DNA of 63,634 bases, the filler included. It is 10 parts of 10 records of this genome, joined end to end, with 100 filler letters (N's around TTAATTAATTAA, not from the genome) between each part and the next. Parts side by side here need not be neighbours in the genome. Positions count along the whole stretch, not along the records: positions 40,593 to 46,437 come from SRR31156797_74735; positions 46,538 to 51,766 come from SRR31156797_74806; positions 51,867 to 57,596 come from SRR31156797_74807; 7 more parts are not named here. The stretch is one strand, 5' to 3'. The translations under genes were made by a program, and so were the position numbers. This document shows positions 41,901 to 52,671 of the stretch, in pieces. The notes beneath the pieces were generated by a model. The model searched no databases. It was not told the DNA's origin and saw nothing but the letters and a program-made list of their open reading frames with translations. Every line of letters starts with the position of its first letter. Position 1 is the first letter of the stretch.

Positions 41901-44807
41901 CTACTTGCTGCGCAGGATTTCCTCGTCGTCCCGCCGAACGCGCAGCCTCGTCCGTTCGTCACTGCCCACCTCGAACAGAAGGTGGTCCGTCTGGTCGGCC
42001 CACCGCAGCTCGACGGCCCCGGTGTCGGCGTTCACGAGGGTCTCCGGCAATGCCTGCCCCATGCGAAAGGGAATCATCACAATACGAAATCGTGGATCGA
42101 CGGCGCTGGTTGAGATCACCGTGCGCTGTCGCTCCAGGCTGCTCTCGAGGTTGCACGCGGAGGGGCCGACTTCGCGAATCAACAGCAGTGGACTGCCGGC
42201 CGCGACCTCCGACCCCGGTGTCGCTGAAAGCACCAGGTCTTCGTCACCCAGCCCGGGCAAGGCCACCGCATCGAAGCCCCCCATCATCTGCCATTCGAAG
42301 AGATGGCTCTCCTGATCTTTGCAGATATCATCGACGATTACCACGTAGGGATGCGTCCCACGCACCAAGGCGGCTGAGCGAAATGCATAACGCACGGGAT
42401 TGAACGGCGCCTTCAGCGTCGGGAACCACGGATTGCTCAGTGGTGGCCGCCAGTAGTTGACGCGATAGCGCTGTGTCCCTTTGAATATCTTGACCACATC
42501 CGGATCGGTCTCGATCTCCCACTCGTACCCCTTGGCATGCGGCTGGTCCCAACTCTCGATCTGGGTCGTCCAGACGTAGTCATAGGCGTTCTTGAGATCC
42601 GCCGTGGCCACCGCCCCTTCATCGCTCAGCGCGGCGCCGAGATATTTCACCCTGACCGGCATTTCCCCCAGGTCCGCATCCTGTCCCTTCCCGTCGATCA
42701 GGACCACGGCGTGATTCTCCGACGCGCGGTCGGTGGGCAGCAGTCCGTCACGCCCCCAGGTCACGCCGTGGGCCTGTAGGATGAACGAACCGGCGTCATG
42801 GTGCATGGGCCCGGCTCCTACGTACAGATCGGGCCGCGCCTGCATATTGACCCACAAGGCGTCCGCGCTGTCGTCGCTGCGTGAAGAGAACATGCCCTGA
42901 ACGGAATCGCTGAAATCCAACGGCAGGTCGAGTTCGTCCCGTGTGACGCCCTGCCCGTCGGCATCGTACAAGAGATTGTTCGCCAGCCCCGGAGACGTCG
43001 GACCGGGCAGGCGCATCTGCTCGGCCTTGCCCGGCAACTGCTGCCGATAGGCCCGAGGGTCGAAGTCACGCAGCGTCATGGACCGTCCCAGAAGGTAGTC
43101 CACACGCTTGTCCGTCGGATAGAACACTTTGAACGCCGAGACGACCTGGCGACTCAGCGGGCCGCCTCCGTGGTTCCCACGCGACGCGACCAGCGTGCCA
43201 TCAGGCGCCGTGCACTGGACCTGGGCTTCCATCATCCGACGCCAGTGAGGATGGCCGAGCATGTTGTCACCGCGCCGGGCCAGGGCCACCATGGAAAGTA
43301 GTTGAAACTGCAGTCCCGCGGCGCTCGTCCCGTTGGACTCATAGGGCAGACCATGCTGATCGATACCCCACTGAAGAAAGGCGCGAACGGTCTCGACACC
43401 CACGTCGTGCACTTCACGATCGAACCCATCCTCGCCCTCGAGGGCCAGGTTGGCCAGGAAGATGGTCAGGTCCCCCGTGGCCCCGCTCGCGTCGCGCATG
43501 CGGGCCGAGCCGTTCTGCCCGTAGCCGCGTCGTCCCGCCACCGCCTTGGCGATCACCCGCCGCATCAGCGATTTCTCCTCGTCTGTCATCCACTTCGCGG
43601 AGAAGTCGTAGGCCATCCCCAAGTCCATGTGGCCCACCAGATCGCGCACGTCGTGCCAGTGATGGCGGTACACCGCGGGTGCGTCGTTGACGCGGTCGAT
43701 CTCGGGTTCCAGGAGCGTGTAGTAATGGCAAATAGCGGAGGCCGTCTGCTGCCCCAGGGCATCATCGTTGACGAGCAGACAGTACAGCGCCATGGAGGTC
43801 AGGCAGTTGGGCAGATAGGCAACGCCCGCGTGATAGATGCCCGGCTCCTGTCCCTCAAACACGTGGTCGTGCAGCGCCAGATCCTTGACATGCCCGGCCG
43901 CCAGCCTCCGAAAGATCTCACCATCCGACGTGTTCGGATCGAGGAAGGTGCGTCTCAGCAGATACTCCATCTCAAGGAGCGACTTCGCCCCCGTAACCGA
44001 GGACCGAATGCGACTGGAAAGGATCGGGACATCTTCCGGACTGAACAACACGCGGGGGTGCACGCCGGCCTCCGGCACCGGGGAGCCCAGTTCCTGCGCC
44101 CGCAGGCCCGTGTAATCGTAGGCCTTCTTGGGCATCCATCGCCACCGCGTCTCTGCGCCTTCAAACGGCGCAAACTGTTCGTCGGTGACCTTGATCTGAT
44201 TGACGAATTTCCCCCAGGCTTTCAGCGAGGGAAGATTGCGATAAGCGATCTGCGGATCGGCGAACTTCTCCGGCGTGTCGAACAGCGCGATGATCGAGTC
44301 GATCAATTGCGAGTCACTCAGGGTCAGCGGTTCGTCGGTCACGATGACCAGCCCGCGCTCGTCGGTGAAGACCTTCTTCTTCTGTCGGGTCGCCAGATCC
44401 GCGATCGCGACCATGTTCTTCTTCTGGGTCACCCTCAGACCAAACCAGGGCAGACGCTTGAGACCGAAGGCCGACAGAGCGAAACGCTCCGGCACCAGCA
44501 CTTTGCGTTTGAACATGACCGCTTCGGTGCGCCAATTGCCCGGATCGAGGCTGACGCGCTGGCCCTGGATGAACCCGTGCCGTCCTCCGGCAAAGACGGC
44601 CACCTGCGTCGTCTTGAGCCTTTCGCGCGCGGCCGCCAGGGCCTCGGGGCTGTACGCCCCCAGATCGGCCGCCTCGGAGGGCTGGGCCGCCCCAGCCGGA
44701 CTCAGGATCGACAGACCGATCGCCAGCACGATCCAGAGGATACACAGACCCGCCCCCTCCGGGCCCGTTTCGCATTCTGTTCGAGATGCCGCTGCACAGA
44801 GGCTCAT
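41901..44807 (-). CDS. Large secreted protein with heparinase II/III-like architecture
   Basis: Signal peptide; HPRVLFS, AYDF...M...E helical-barrel pattern; HHDAGSFIL, H..VLIDGKGQ, YVVIVDDI. Confidence 0.6.
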   Translation of the reverse strand: MSLCAAASRTECETGPEGAGLCILWIVLAIGLSILSPAGAAQPSEAADLGAYSPEALAAARERLKTTQVAVFAGGRHGFIQGQRVSLDPGNWRTEAVMFKRKVLVPERFALSAFGLKRLPWFGLRVTQKKNMVAIADLATRQKKKVFTDERGLVIVTDEPLTLSDSQLIDSIIALFDTPEKFADPQIAYRNLPSLKAWGKFVNQIKVTDEQFAPFEGAETRWRWMPKKAYDYTGLRAQELGSPVPEAGVHPRVLFSPEDVPILSSRIRSSVTGAKSLLEMEYLLRRTFLDPNTSDGEIFRRLAAGHVKDLALHDHVFEGQEPGIYHAGVAYLPNCLTSMALYCLLVNDDALGQQTASAICHYYTLLEPEIDRVNDAPAVYRHHWHDVRDLVGHMDLGMAYDFSAKWMTDEEKSLMRRVIAKAVAGRRGYGQNGSARMRDASGATGDLTIFLANLALEGEDGFDREVHDVGVETVRAFLQWGIDQHGLPYESNGTSAAGLQFQLLSMVALARRGDNMLGHPHWRRMMEAQVQCTAPDGTLVASRGNHGGGPLSRQVVSAFKVFYPTDKRVDYLLGRSMTLRDFDPRAYRQQLPGKAEQMRLPGPTSPGLANNLLYDADGQGVTRDELDLPLDFSDSVQGMFSSRSDDSADALWVNMQARPDLYVGAGPMHHDAGSFILQAHGVTWGRDGLLPTDRASENHAVVLIDGKGQDADLGEMPVRVKYLGAALSDEGAVATADLKNAYDYVWTTQIESWDQPHAKGYEWEIETDPDVVKIFKGTQRYRVNYWRPPLSNPWFPTLKAPFNPVRYAFRSAALVRGTHPYVVIVDDICKDQESHLFEWQMMGGFDAVALPGLGDEDLVLSATPGSEVAAGSPLLLIREVGPSACNLESSLERQRTVISTSAVDPRFRIVMIPFRMGQALPETLVNADTGAVELRWADQTDHLLFEVGSDERTRLRVRRDDEEILRSK

Positions 44808-45064
44808 TGAACCTCCGATCCGACCATGCCTGCACCCTCATCGTTCCGCTCGCTGTGCCGCCCTGCCCGTGCCTCAGCATCGTCCTGCCTGACGATACCT
44901 CTCGCGTTCAACGCGATTGACGAATCCATAGCGTCCATTCTACCCGGATTGCGGCGCCAATGCGAGTTAGAATCCGACCTTTTCGCCATCTCCGCCACCC
45001 CTCAATTTCCGGTAGAATCGGCCTTCCCGCGCAAGAAAGGGCGATCTAGTGCCCCGTCCCGAGG

Positions 45065-46108
45065 CTAACGCCCTGCCGGTGCGGATCCGCCCTCTTTCAG
45101 AATGGCGCGTTCCGGAGGCCCCGCGACAAGGGGCCAGCCATCGGCATCCCATTGCAGCGGCGTGACGGCCAGCGAAGCCAGGCCCCGCCGGGCGCCGTCG
45201 TAGTAATGGTAACCCAGCCAATCGGTTCCGCCTTCGGAGAAGATCGCGGCGTGGCCCGGACCAATGAATTCTCCTGCCGTCTCCAGGAACCGGCTGCCAC
45301 CGTCGTCCAGCAGATCGATGCCGGCTTTGTCGAGATAGGGCCCCGTGATCGTCGCACTGCGGCCGACGCGAATGTTGTACGTGCTGTCGACGCCCCGACA
45401 GCACTGTCCCCAATTAACGAACAGGTAGTAGTGCTTGTCGTGATGCCAGATGCAGGGCGCCTCGATGGCATCGGAATGGGCCAGTGCGCCGATGGGCGAG
45501 TCCGGCGCCATTCGCTGACCAGTCTTCGGATCCAATTCGATCAGCTTGATCCCACTCCAGTAGGAACCGAAGCTCATCCAGAGTCGGCCATCCGGAGCCC
45601 GCGTGATACCTGGATCGATCGCGTTGAAGTCAACATCGTCATTCGACTGAATCACAGGGCCCTGATCGACCCAGCGATAGTCGGGCGCGTTCGGGTCGAG
45701 TGTGACATTCGTGACCAGGCCGATCGCCGAGGTGCGGACGCCCCAGGTCGAAACCGAATAGTAGAGCAGATAACGGCCCTCGTGATGAATCACATCGGGC
45801 GCCCAGAGATGGCCACGGTTGCCCGGGACAGCGCTCTTGTGCCACGCGGGCAGCGTCGTCAGTACGGCCGGGCCGGCCGTCCAGGTCTTCAGGTCCGTCG
45901 AATGAAACGACTTGATGTTCCGCCCCGTCGCGAAGAGCCAATACTGGTCTCCACATTTGACGATGGTCGAGGGATCATGGATCGACAAGCGCCGCCGGCG
46001 CCGGCGCTCGGCGCGCGCCTCCTCATCTTGCTCGGCCCCCTGGCACAGGTTACCTATCACCACCAAGGCACAGAGGAGCAAGGTCACCGTTACCCGAACA
46101 CGTTTCAT
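45065..46108 (-). CDS. GH43 endo-1,5-alpha-L-arabinanase
   Basis: HDPS, WAPD, YYSVS, NAIDP, FGSYWSGI, IEAP, GPGH; likely start ATG 46108. Confidence 0.9.
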   Translation of the reverse strand: MKRVRVTVTLLLCALVVIGNLCQGAEQDEEARAERRRRRRLSIHDPSTIVKCGDQYWLFATGRNIKSFHSTDLKTWTAGPAVLTTLPAWHKSAVPGNRGHLWAPDVIHHEGRYLLYYSVSTWGVRTSAIGLVTNVTLDPNAPDYRWVDQGPVIQSNDDVDFNAIDPGITRAPDGRLWMSFGSYWSGIKLIELDPKTGQRMAPDSPIGALAHSDAIEAPCIWHHDKHYYLFVNWGQCCRGVDSTYNIRVGRSATITGPYLDKAGIDLLDDGGSRFLETAGEFIGPGHAAIFSEGGTDWLGYHYYDGARRGLASLAVTPLQWDADGWPLVAGPPERAILKEGGSAPAGR

Positions 46109-46157
46109 GGGCCATCTCCCAGCCAAATGACACAGACTCTCCAGTGTAGCGCGTTTT

Positions 46158-46437
46158 TCACACCATGCTGAGGTCGTAGGGCTCGCGCATCGGGCGCGAC
46201 AGATAGGTATTCGCTTCGGCGTCACCGACGAACCGCTCGGCGGCCGGGTCCCAGTTGAGCTTACGGCCCAGGCGAATCGCGGTCACGCCGAGGTGACACA
46301 GGCTGGCCGAGCGATGGCCCACCTCCGCCGGACAGATCGGGGCCTTCCGCGACCGCACACAGTCGATGAAGTTGCCAATGTGGTCGTTACTGGCATAGAC
46401 GCGCGGGGCACTGTCGGGCAGTTTCTCCGTCAGCAGC
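46158..46437 (-). CDS. Gfo/Idh/MocA oxidoreductase C-terminus (5' truncated)
   Basis: HIGNFIDCVRSR...GHRSASLCHLG...LNWDP..E.F..D.EAN. Confidence 0.85.
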
Positions 46438-46537
46438 NNNNNNNNNNNNNNNNNNNNNNNNNNNNNNNNNNNNNNNNNNNNTTAATTAATTAANNNNNNN
46501 NNNNNNNNNNNNNNNNNNNNNNNNNNNNNNNNNNNNN
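46438..46537. other. Artificial contig spacer
   Basis: N run + TTAATTAATTAA + N run. Confidence 0.99.
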
Positions 46538-47501
46538 ACTGGGGGCCGGAGCATTTGTATGCGGTGAGGAAACGGCCCTGATCCACTCGATCGAAGGGGC
46601 GCGAGGCATGCCTCGCCCGCGGCCGCCGTATCCGTCCGTTAAGGGACTGTTCGGCCAGCCGACCCTGATCAACAATGTCGAGACCTGGGCCAATATTCCC
46701 GTGATCATCCTCGACGGAGCCAATTGGTTCAAGACCGTCGGTACCGAAACCAGCAAGGGGACGAAGGTCTTCGCGCTGGCGGGCAAGGTGGTCAACACGG
46801 GTCTGATCGAGGTGCCGATGGGAACGACGCTCCGTGAGATCATTTATGATATCGGCGGAGGGATTCCGGATGGCAAAACGTTCAAGGCTGTGCAGACGGG
46901 TGGCCCCTCCGGCGGCTGTCTGCCCGAAGAGTATCTCGACACGTCCATCGACTATGATTCACTGGCCAAGGCCGGCTCGATCATGGGCTCGGGCGGGATG
47001 ATCGTCATCGATGAGGATTCCTGCATGGTGGATATCGCCAAGTTCTTCCTGGAATTCACCCAGAACGAGTCCTGTGGCAAGTGCACCCCGTGTCGCGAGG
47101 GGACCAAGCGCATGCTCGAGATCCTCACCCGCATCACCGAGGGCAAGGGCCAGGCCGGAGATATCGAAAAACTCGAACGGCTGGGCAACATGATCAAGCA
47201 GGCCTCGCTCTGCGGGCTGGGCCAATCGGCGCCGAACCCGGTCCTGAGCACGATCAAGAATTTCCGCGAAGAATACGAAGAGCACATTCATCAAGGCAAG
47301 TGCCGGGCCAGGGCCTGTACGAATCTGGTGACATACGAAATCACGGAAAAGTGTGTCGGCTGCGGTGCCTGCCGCCGAGTCTGCCCCGTGGGGGCCATCT
47401 CCGGTAGCCCGAAGAAGGAGCACGTCATCGACCAGGAGAAATGCGTCAAATGTGGCATGTGCTTCAATACCTGTAAGTTTGACGCCATTGCGAAGGTTTG
47501 A
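46538..47501 (+). CDS. hydB: [FeFe]-hydrogenase diaphorase subunit (NuoF-like, 5' truncated)
   Basis: [37 protein letters not shown]-terminal 2x[4Fe-4S]. Confidence 0.9.
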
Positions 47502-47510
47502 GGATTCACC

Positions 47511-49289
47511 ATGGACAACAACAAGATTACGATCACGATAAACGACAGAGAATATCAGGTGGATGCCGGCCAGACGATCATGCAGGCGGCCGATCACTGT
47601 GGGTACCACATCCCTCGGCTGTGCTATCACCCCAAGCTCTCCATTGAGGGGGCCTGTCGCGTCTGTATCGTCCAGGTCGAGGGAGCCAGGAACTTCGTGG
47701 CGTCCTGCGCCTGTCCGGTCTCGGACGGTATGAAGGTCTATACCAATACGAAAGACTTGCGACAGGCCCGGCGCGATATTGTCGAGTTGCTGCTCGACAA
47801 TCATCCGGAAGACTGTCACACCTGTGAGCGGGACGGCAATTGTGAACTCCAGCGACTGGCCTACTCCATGGGCATCCGCCACCGCCACTTCGTCGGCGAG
47901 CGGAAGCACTATGATAAGGATCTGTCCGGCGCCAGCGTCATCCGGGACCCGGACAAGTGTATCCTCTGCGGACGATGCGTTCGGATGTGCTCGGAGATCC
48001 AGGGCGTTCACTGCCTGACCCAGGCCCATCGCGGCTTCAGCACGGTCGTTATGCCGGCTTACAACCTGCCCTTCGCCGAGACTGTCTGTAGCGGCTGCGG
48101 CCAGTGCATCAACGTCTGTCCGACCGCCTCCTTCGTGGAGAAGAATTACACCCAGGAGTTGTTCGAGAAGCTGAACGACAAGAGCCTGGTCAAGGTCGCC
48201 CAGTTCGCGCCTTCGGTGCGGGCGGCTATCGGCGAGGGCTTTGGACTGCCGGCCGGCCGAAACATGGAAGGCCAACTGATCGCGGCGATGCGCAAGCTGG
48301 GATTCGACTATGTCTTCGACACGCAGTTTGCGGCCGACCTGACGATCATGGAAGAGGGCAGCGAATTCCTGGAGAGAATTCAGAGCGGCGGTCCTTTGCC
48401 GCTGATTACCTCCTGCTCCAGTGCCTGGATGAAGTATGTTGAACAGTTCTATCCGGATATGGTGGACAACCTCTCAACGTGCAAATCGCCGATGTCCATG
48501 GCCTCGTCGATGATCAAGACCTACTGGGCTGAAAAGATGGACATCGACCCGGCGAAAGTTTTCAGCGCCGCGACGATGTGCTGCACGGCCAAGAAGTACG
48601 AGGCGGCCCGACCCGAACTCGAAGTCAATGGCATGCGGACCACCGACATCGTCGTGACAACACGCGAGATGGCCTGGATGATCAAGTCGGCCGGCATTGA
48701 TTTCGTGAACATCGAGCCGGAGAAGCCGGATACGCCGTTGGGGCTGTCCTCCGGTGCCGGCGCCATCTTCGGCGTCACCGGTGGCGTGATGGAAGCGGCC
48801 GTTCGCACCGCCTATGAGCTCTATACGGGCGAAACGCTCGTTGATATTGAAATGGCTGACATTCGCGGATTCAAGGGTGTCAAGGAGGCCAAGGTCTCCA
48901 TTGACGGCAAGGAACTGCGACTTGTTGTCGCCCATGGTTTGGGCAATGCACACAAAGTGATGGAAATGGTCCGCGAAGATCCGAATCGCTTCCACTTCGT
49001 GGAAATCATGGGGTGTCCCGGCGGTTGCATCGGTGGTGGCGGCCAGCCCTATGCGACGGCCAACTCCATTCCGCTCGATGAAGGAGCGCTCAAACTGCGG
49101 GCCCAAGCCCTCTACGATCTGGACCGGGGCAAGACCATCCGTCGCAGCCACGATAATCCGGACATTCAGCGGCTGTACAAGGAATTCCTGGGGCGTCCGC
49201 TCAGCGAAAAATCGCACGAGCTGCTCCACACACATTACAAAGCACACTTCCCCAAGGGAATCGTGTCGCCTAACTTGAAAGTCGTCTAA
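47511..49289 (+). CDS. hydA: [FeFe]-hydrogenase catalytic subunit (group A3-like)
   Basis: N-terminal [2Fe-2S], His-ligated and 2x[4Fe-4S] motifs; ADLTIMEEG, TSCSSAW, MCCTAKKYE, EIMGCPGGCIGGGGQP, LLHTHY. Confidence 0.95.
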   Translation: MDNNKITITINDREYQVDAGQTIMQAADHCGYHIPRLCYHPKLSIEGACRVCIVQVEGARNFVASCACPVSDGMKVYTNTKDLRQARRDIVELLLDNHPEDCHTCERDGNCELQRLAYSMGIRHRHFVGERKHYDKDLSGASVIRDPDKCILCGRCVRMCSEIQGVHCLTQAHRGFSTVVMPAYNLPFAETVCSGCGQCINVCPTASFVEKNYTQELFEKLNDKSLVKVAQFAPSVRAAIGEGFGLPAGRNMEGQLIAAMRKLGFDYVFDTQFAADLTIMEEGSEFLERIQSGGPLPLITSCSSAWMKYVEQFYPDMVDNLSTCKSPMSMASSMIKTYWAEKMDIDPAKVFSAATMCCTAKKYEAARPELEVNGMRTTDIVVTTREMAWMIKSAGIDFVNIEPEKPDTPLGLSSGAGAIFGVTGGVMEAAVRTAYELYTGETLVDIEMADIRGFKGVKEAKVSIDGKELRLVVAHGLGNAHKVMEMVREDPNRFHFVEIMGCPGGCIGGGGQPYATANSIPLDEGALKLRAQALYDLDRGKTIRRSHDNPDIQRLYKEFLGRPLSEKSHELLHTHYKAHFPKGIVSPNLKVV

Positions 49290-49293
49290 GGGG

Positions 49294-50823
49294 GTGGTTG
49301 TCGTGACGACCGCAACATATAACCGAGATAAGAAGCGCCGGACCAATGTCGAGGCGTGGGTCCGCGCGCGCGTCAAGCCCAAGCAGATCGAGAAGTATCT
49401 CGACCACGGTCGCTGTTTCATCGACGCCGAGGCGATCGAAAAGACACTGGCGGCCCATACGAAACCTGATCCGGTGCGGGTCCGGGAGATCCTACAGAAA
49501 TCCCTGGCCATCGAGACGCTTACGCCGGCCGAGACCGCCTGCCTGATCCACGTGCAGGACCCAGAGTTGCTGGCGGAGATGCAGCAGGTCGCGGCCAAGG
49601 TGAAGACGAACGTCTACGACAATCGTATCGTGACATTCGCGCCGCTGTACCTGGGCAACCTGTGTGTCAACAACTGTGCCTACTGTGGCTTTCGGTGCAG
49701 CAACACCTCGGAGCAGCGGCAGGTGCTCACCCTGGACGAGGTTCGCAAGGAAACCGAGGTCCTGGCCGGGAAGATCGGCCACAAGCGGCTCATCGTGGTT
49801 TATGGCGAGCATCCGAAGACCGGTGTCGACTACATCGCTTCGACGCTCAAGGCCATTGGCGAGGTGAAGGTTAAGACGCGCAAAGGCTGGGGTCGGATCC
49901 GGCGCTGCAACGTCAACGCCGCACCGATGTCTATCGAGGAATTGAAGACGCTGCACGAGGTGGGCATCGGCACCTTCCAGGTGTTCCAGGAGACCTATCA
50001 TAGGCCCACGTACGAACGGCTTCATCCGCAGGGGACGATCAAGGGCAACTATCTCTGGCGTCTCTACGCGATGCACCGGGCCATGGAGGCGGGTGTCGAC
50101 GATGTCGGTCTGGGCCCCTTGTTTGGTCTGTACGATTGGAAGTTCGAGGTGATGGGATTGCTGTCTCATGCGATCGAACTGGAGGCGAAGTTCGGCATTG
50201 GCCCGCACACGATCTCCTTCCCCAGAATTGAGCCGGCGCACAATACGCCGTTGGCGGAGCATCCCGAACATCGGGTCAGCGACGATGATTTCAAGCGACT
50301 GATCATCGTGATTCGCCTGGCCGTCCCCCACACGGGGATGATTATCACGGCGCGCGAGAGCGCTGCGCTGCGGCGCGAAGTGGTGCCGCTGGGCTGTACC
50401 CAACTGGACGCCTCCAGCAAGATTGGGATCGGCGGGTATGCGGATTCCCGGGACGAGCAGCAGGGCGACCGCCAGCAATTCCTGCTGGGTGACACGCGCA
50501 GCCTCGAAGAGGTGATTCGGGAACTGGCCGAAGCCGGTTATATTACTTCCTTCTGCACGGCCGGCTATCGGTGCGGACGGACCGGTAAGAAGATCATGGG
50601 CCTGTTGCGTAGCGGCAAAGAAGGCCAGTTTTGCAAGCTCAATGCCGTGATCACGTTCCGGGAGTGGCTCGATGATTTTGCCGGTCCGGAGACGATTGCG
50701 GCCGGCGAGAAGCTCATCGTTCGGGAGATGGCGCAGATTAAAGAGCAGATGCCGGAATTCTACGAGCAATTTGCCCGTGCTTATCAGAAGACCGAAACCG
50801 GCGATCGAGACCTGTATTTCTAG
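49294..50823 (+). CDS. hydG: [FeFe]-hydrogenase maturase HydG
   Basis: FAPLY.GNLCVNNCAYCGF, FQETYH, GPHTISFPR, C-terminal Cx5Cx19C, RDLYF. Confidence 0.93.
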   Translation: MVVVTTATYNRDKKRRTNVEAWVRARVKPKQIEKYLDHGRCFIDAEAIEKTLAAHTKPDPVRVREILQKSLAIETLTPAETACLIHVQDPELLAEMQQVAAKVKTNVYDNRIVTFAPLYLGNLCVNNCAYCGFRCSNTSEQRQVLTLDEVRKETEVLAGKIGHKRLIVVYGEHPKTGVDYIASTLKAIGEVKVKTRKGWGRIRRCNVNAAPMSIEELKTLHEVGIGTFQVFQETYHRPTYERLHPQGTIKGNYLWRLYAMHRAMEAGVDDVGLGPLFGLYDWKFEVMGLLSHAIELEAKFGIGPHTISFPRIEPAHNTPLAEHPEHRVSDDDFKRLIIVIRLAVPHTGMIITARESAALRREVVPLGCTQLDASSKIGIGGYADSRDEQQGDRQQFLLGDTRSLEEVIRELAEAGYITSFCTAGYRCGRTGKKIMGLLRSGKEGQFCKLNAVITFREWLDDFAGPETIAAGEKLIVREMAQIKEQMPEFYEQFARAYQKTETGDRDLYF

Positions 50824-50848
50824 ACGAGATTTGACGAGGATATGCTAG

Positions 50849-51373
50849 ATGGCAACGACTGAAACCACTGCGAAGACCCCACCTGCTGCGGACGACGAGC
50901 GGCTGGCCCAACTCAAGACGTATATTGGCGAGGTGCAACGGAACGAGCACCCCGATTCCTTCTTGATTGCCGTGCTGCACAGGGCCCAGGAACTCTACGG
51001 CTACCTGCCGGTCGAGGTGATGGACGAAGTCGCTTTGGCGATGGGGATTCCGACGGCCCATATCTGGGGTGTCGCGACGTTCTACCACTATTTCAACCTG
51101 ACTCCTCCCGGTGAGCATGTCATCTCCATCTGTCTGGGGACGGCCTGCTATGTCCGCGGGGCCGGACAGATTCTGCAGACACTGAAAGACGAGTTGAAGA
51201 TCGATGTCGGTGAGGTGACCCCGGATGGCATGTTCTCGTTGCAGCCGGCCCGCTGTCTCGGTGCCTGCGGCCTGGCTCCGGTCGTCATGATCGACGACAA
51301 GATTCACGGTGAGCTGACGCCGAAGAAGATGGTTCAGCTCATCAACCAGTATCGCAAACAGGCCAAGAAATAG
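50849..51373 (+). CDS. hydC: Thioredoxin-like [2Fe-2S] subunit (NuoE-like)
   Basis: LIAVLHRAQE.YGYLP, GVATFY, CLGTAC, CLGACGLAP. Confidence 0.88.
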   Translation: MATTETTAKTPPAADDERLAQLKTYIGEVQRNEHPDSFLIAVLHRAQELYGYLPVEVMDEVALAMGIPTAHIWGVATFYHYFNLTPPGEHVISICLGTACYVRGAGQILQTLKDELKIDVGEVTPDGMFSLQPARCLGACGLAPVVMIDDKIHGELTPKKMVQLINQYRKQAKK

Positions 51374-51766
51374 ATGACGCTCTCCCAGACGCAGGCCATA
51401 CTGGAACAACTCTTCGACGCCGAGGTCCCGCAGCGCCAGGACATCGAGGCCTTGCTGCGCCTCGATGACCCGCAAGATACGGCGCTGCTGTTGGATTTTG
51501 CCGACCGTGTTCGACGCCAGTTCGTCGGCGACGGGGTGCTTCTGCGTGGGATTATCGAGTTCTCCAGTTTCTGCCGCAATGCGTGCGCTTACTGTGGACT
51601 GAGCCGGACCAATACGCATCTGGAGCGCTATCGGCTGACGGATGAGGAGATCCTGGCGGCGGCCGAGAATATCTGGCAGGCAGGGATAAAGACCATTGTC
51701 CTGCAGAGCGGAGAAGAGGATAATCTCGACACCGATTGGCTGAGGCGGATCATCGCAGAGATCAAG
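51374..51766 (+). CDS. hydE: [FeFe]-hydrogenase maturase HydE (3' truncated)
   Basis: ADRVRR..VGD.V.LRGIIEFSSFCRNACAYCGL, TIVLQSGE. Confidence 0.88.
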
Positions 51767-51866
51767 NNNNNNNNNNNNNNNNNNNNNNNNNNNNNNNNNN
51801 NNNNNNNNNNTTAATTAATTAANNNNNNNNNNNNNNNNNNNNNNNNNNNNNNNNNNNNNNNNNNNN
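51767..51866. other. Artificial contig spacer
   Basis: N run + TTAATTAATTAA + N run. Confidence 0.99.
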
Positions 51867-52598
51867 GCTGTCCGGGTCTCTGACGCTGTCAACCACCTCG
51901 GCCGTGACGATCGGGATTCCTGGAAAGCCGGGTGTTTTCCAGGCGTAGACTTGATCTCCTGCCTTGGGCTGCTTCTTGGCGGAGACCTCCGCGATCACAG
52001 CGGTGCCGGGACCGCGTCCTCGCATAACGCCCCGGGCCTCAGCGCCGGCGACGCGCACTCCCATCTTCGATCCTGGGTCGGTAATCAACCTGACGCGGGC
52101 GGCCTGGGCGGACACATCGGAAACGACGCCGATGACACTGTAATCGCCTAAAACGAACTGCCCGACGGTTACGCCGTCTTGTTGGCCGCGATTGATCAGT
52201 AGGATGCCCTGGGCTTGCCTGGGGTCGTTGATAATGCCGGCCTGTCGGAAGTTCATCCGGTTCCACTCCGGCACGGAGCGCAACCCGGATAGTCTGTCGA
52301 TCTCGTCCTGGGCCTCTTCGAGTCGCGCTTGGAGATTGGCGACGTGGTTTCTCAGCCGCTGCTGGACTTTCTGCTGTCTCGTGTGGTCGGTCGTATTGAT
52401 GGTGCTGGCCACCTGGGGCAAGGTCTGACCTGCCGTGGTCCAGACAACGCCCGTTCGCAGGGGCACCCTGAAGACACGCGCATAGGCCAACTGAAGCTTG
52501 CCCGTTACGCTCGGGGGCGTGAACAGAAAGATGCCGCCGCCCAGCATGCAATAGGCAAACAACATTCGCTTCGATGTCTTGTGTCCGTGTCGTGTCAT
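51867..52598 (-). CDS. mreC: Rod shape-determining protein MreC (3' truncated)
   Basis: TM, coiled coil, INRGQQDGV..G, IGVV..V....A.VRLITD; follows mreB. Confidence 0.85.
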
Positions 52599-52671
52599 AG
52601 TCGTTGGTGGTTCGGTCGCAAAAGGTTCGCGAGGGTTCCCCAGATCGCAGGCTTACCTACTAACTACGCGG

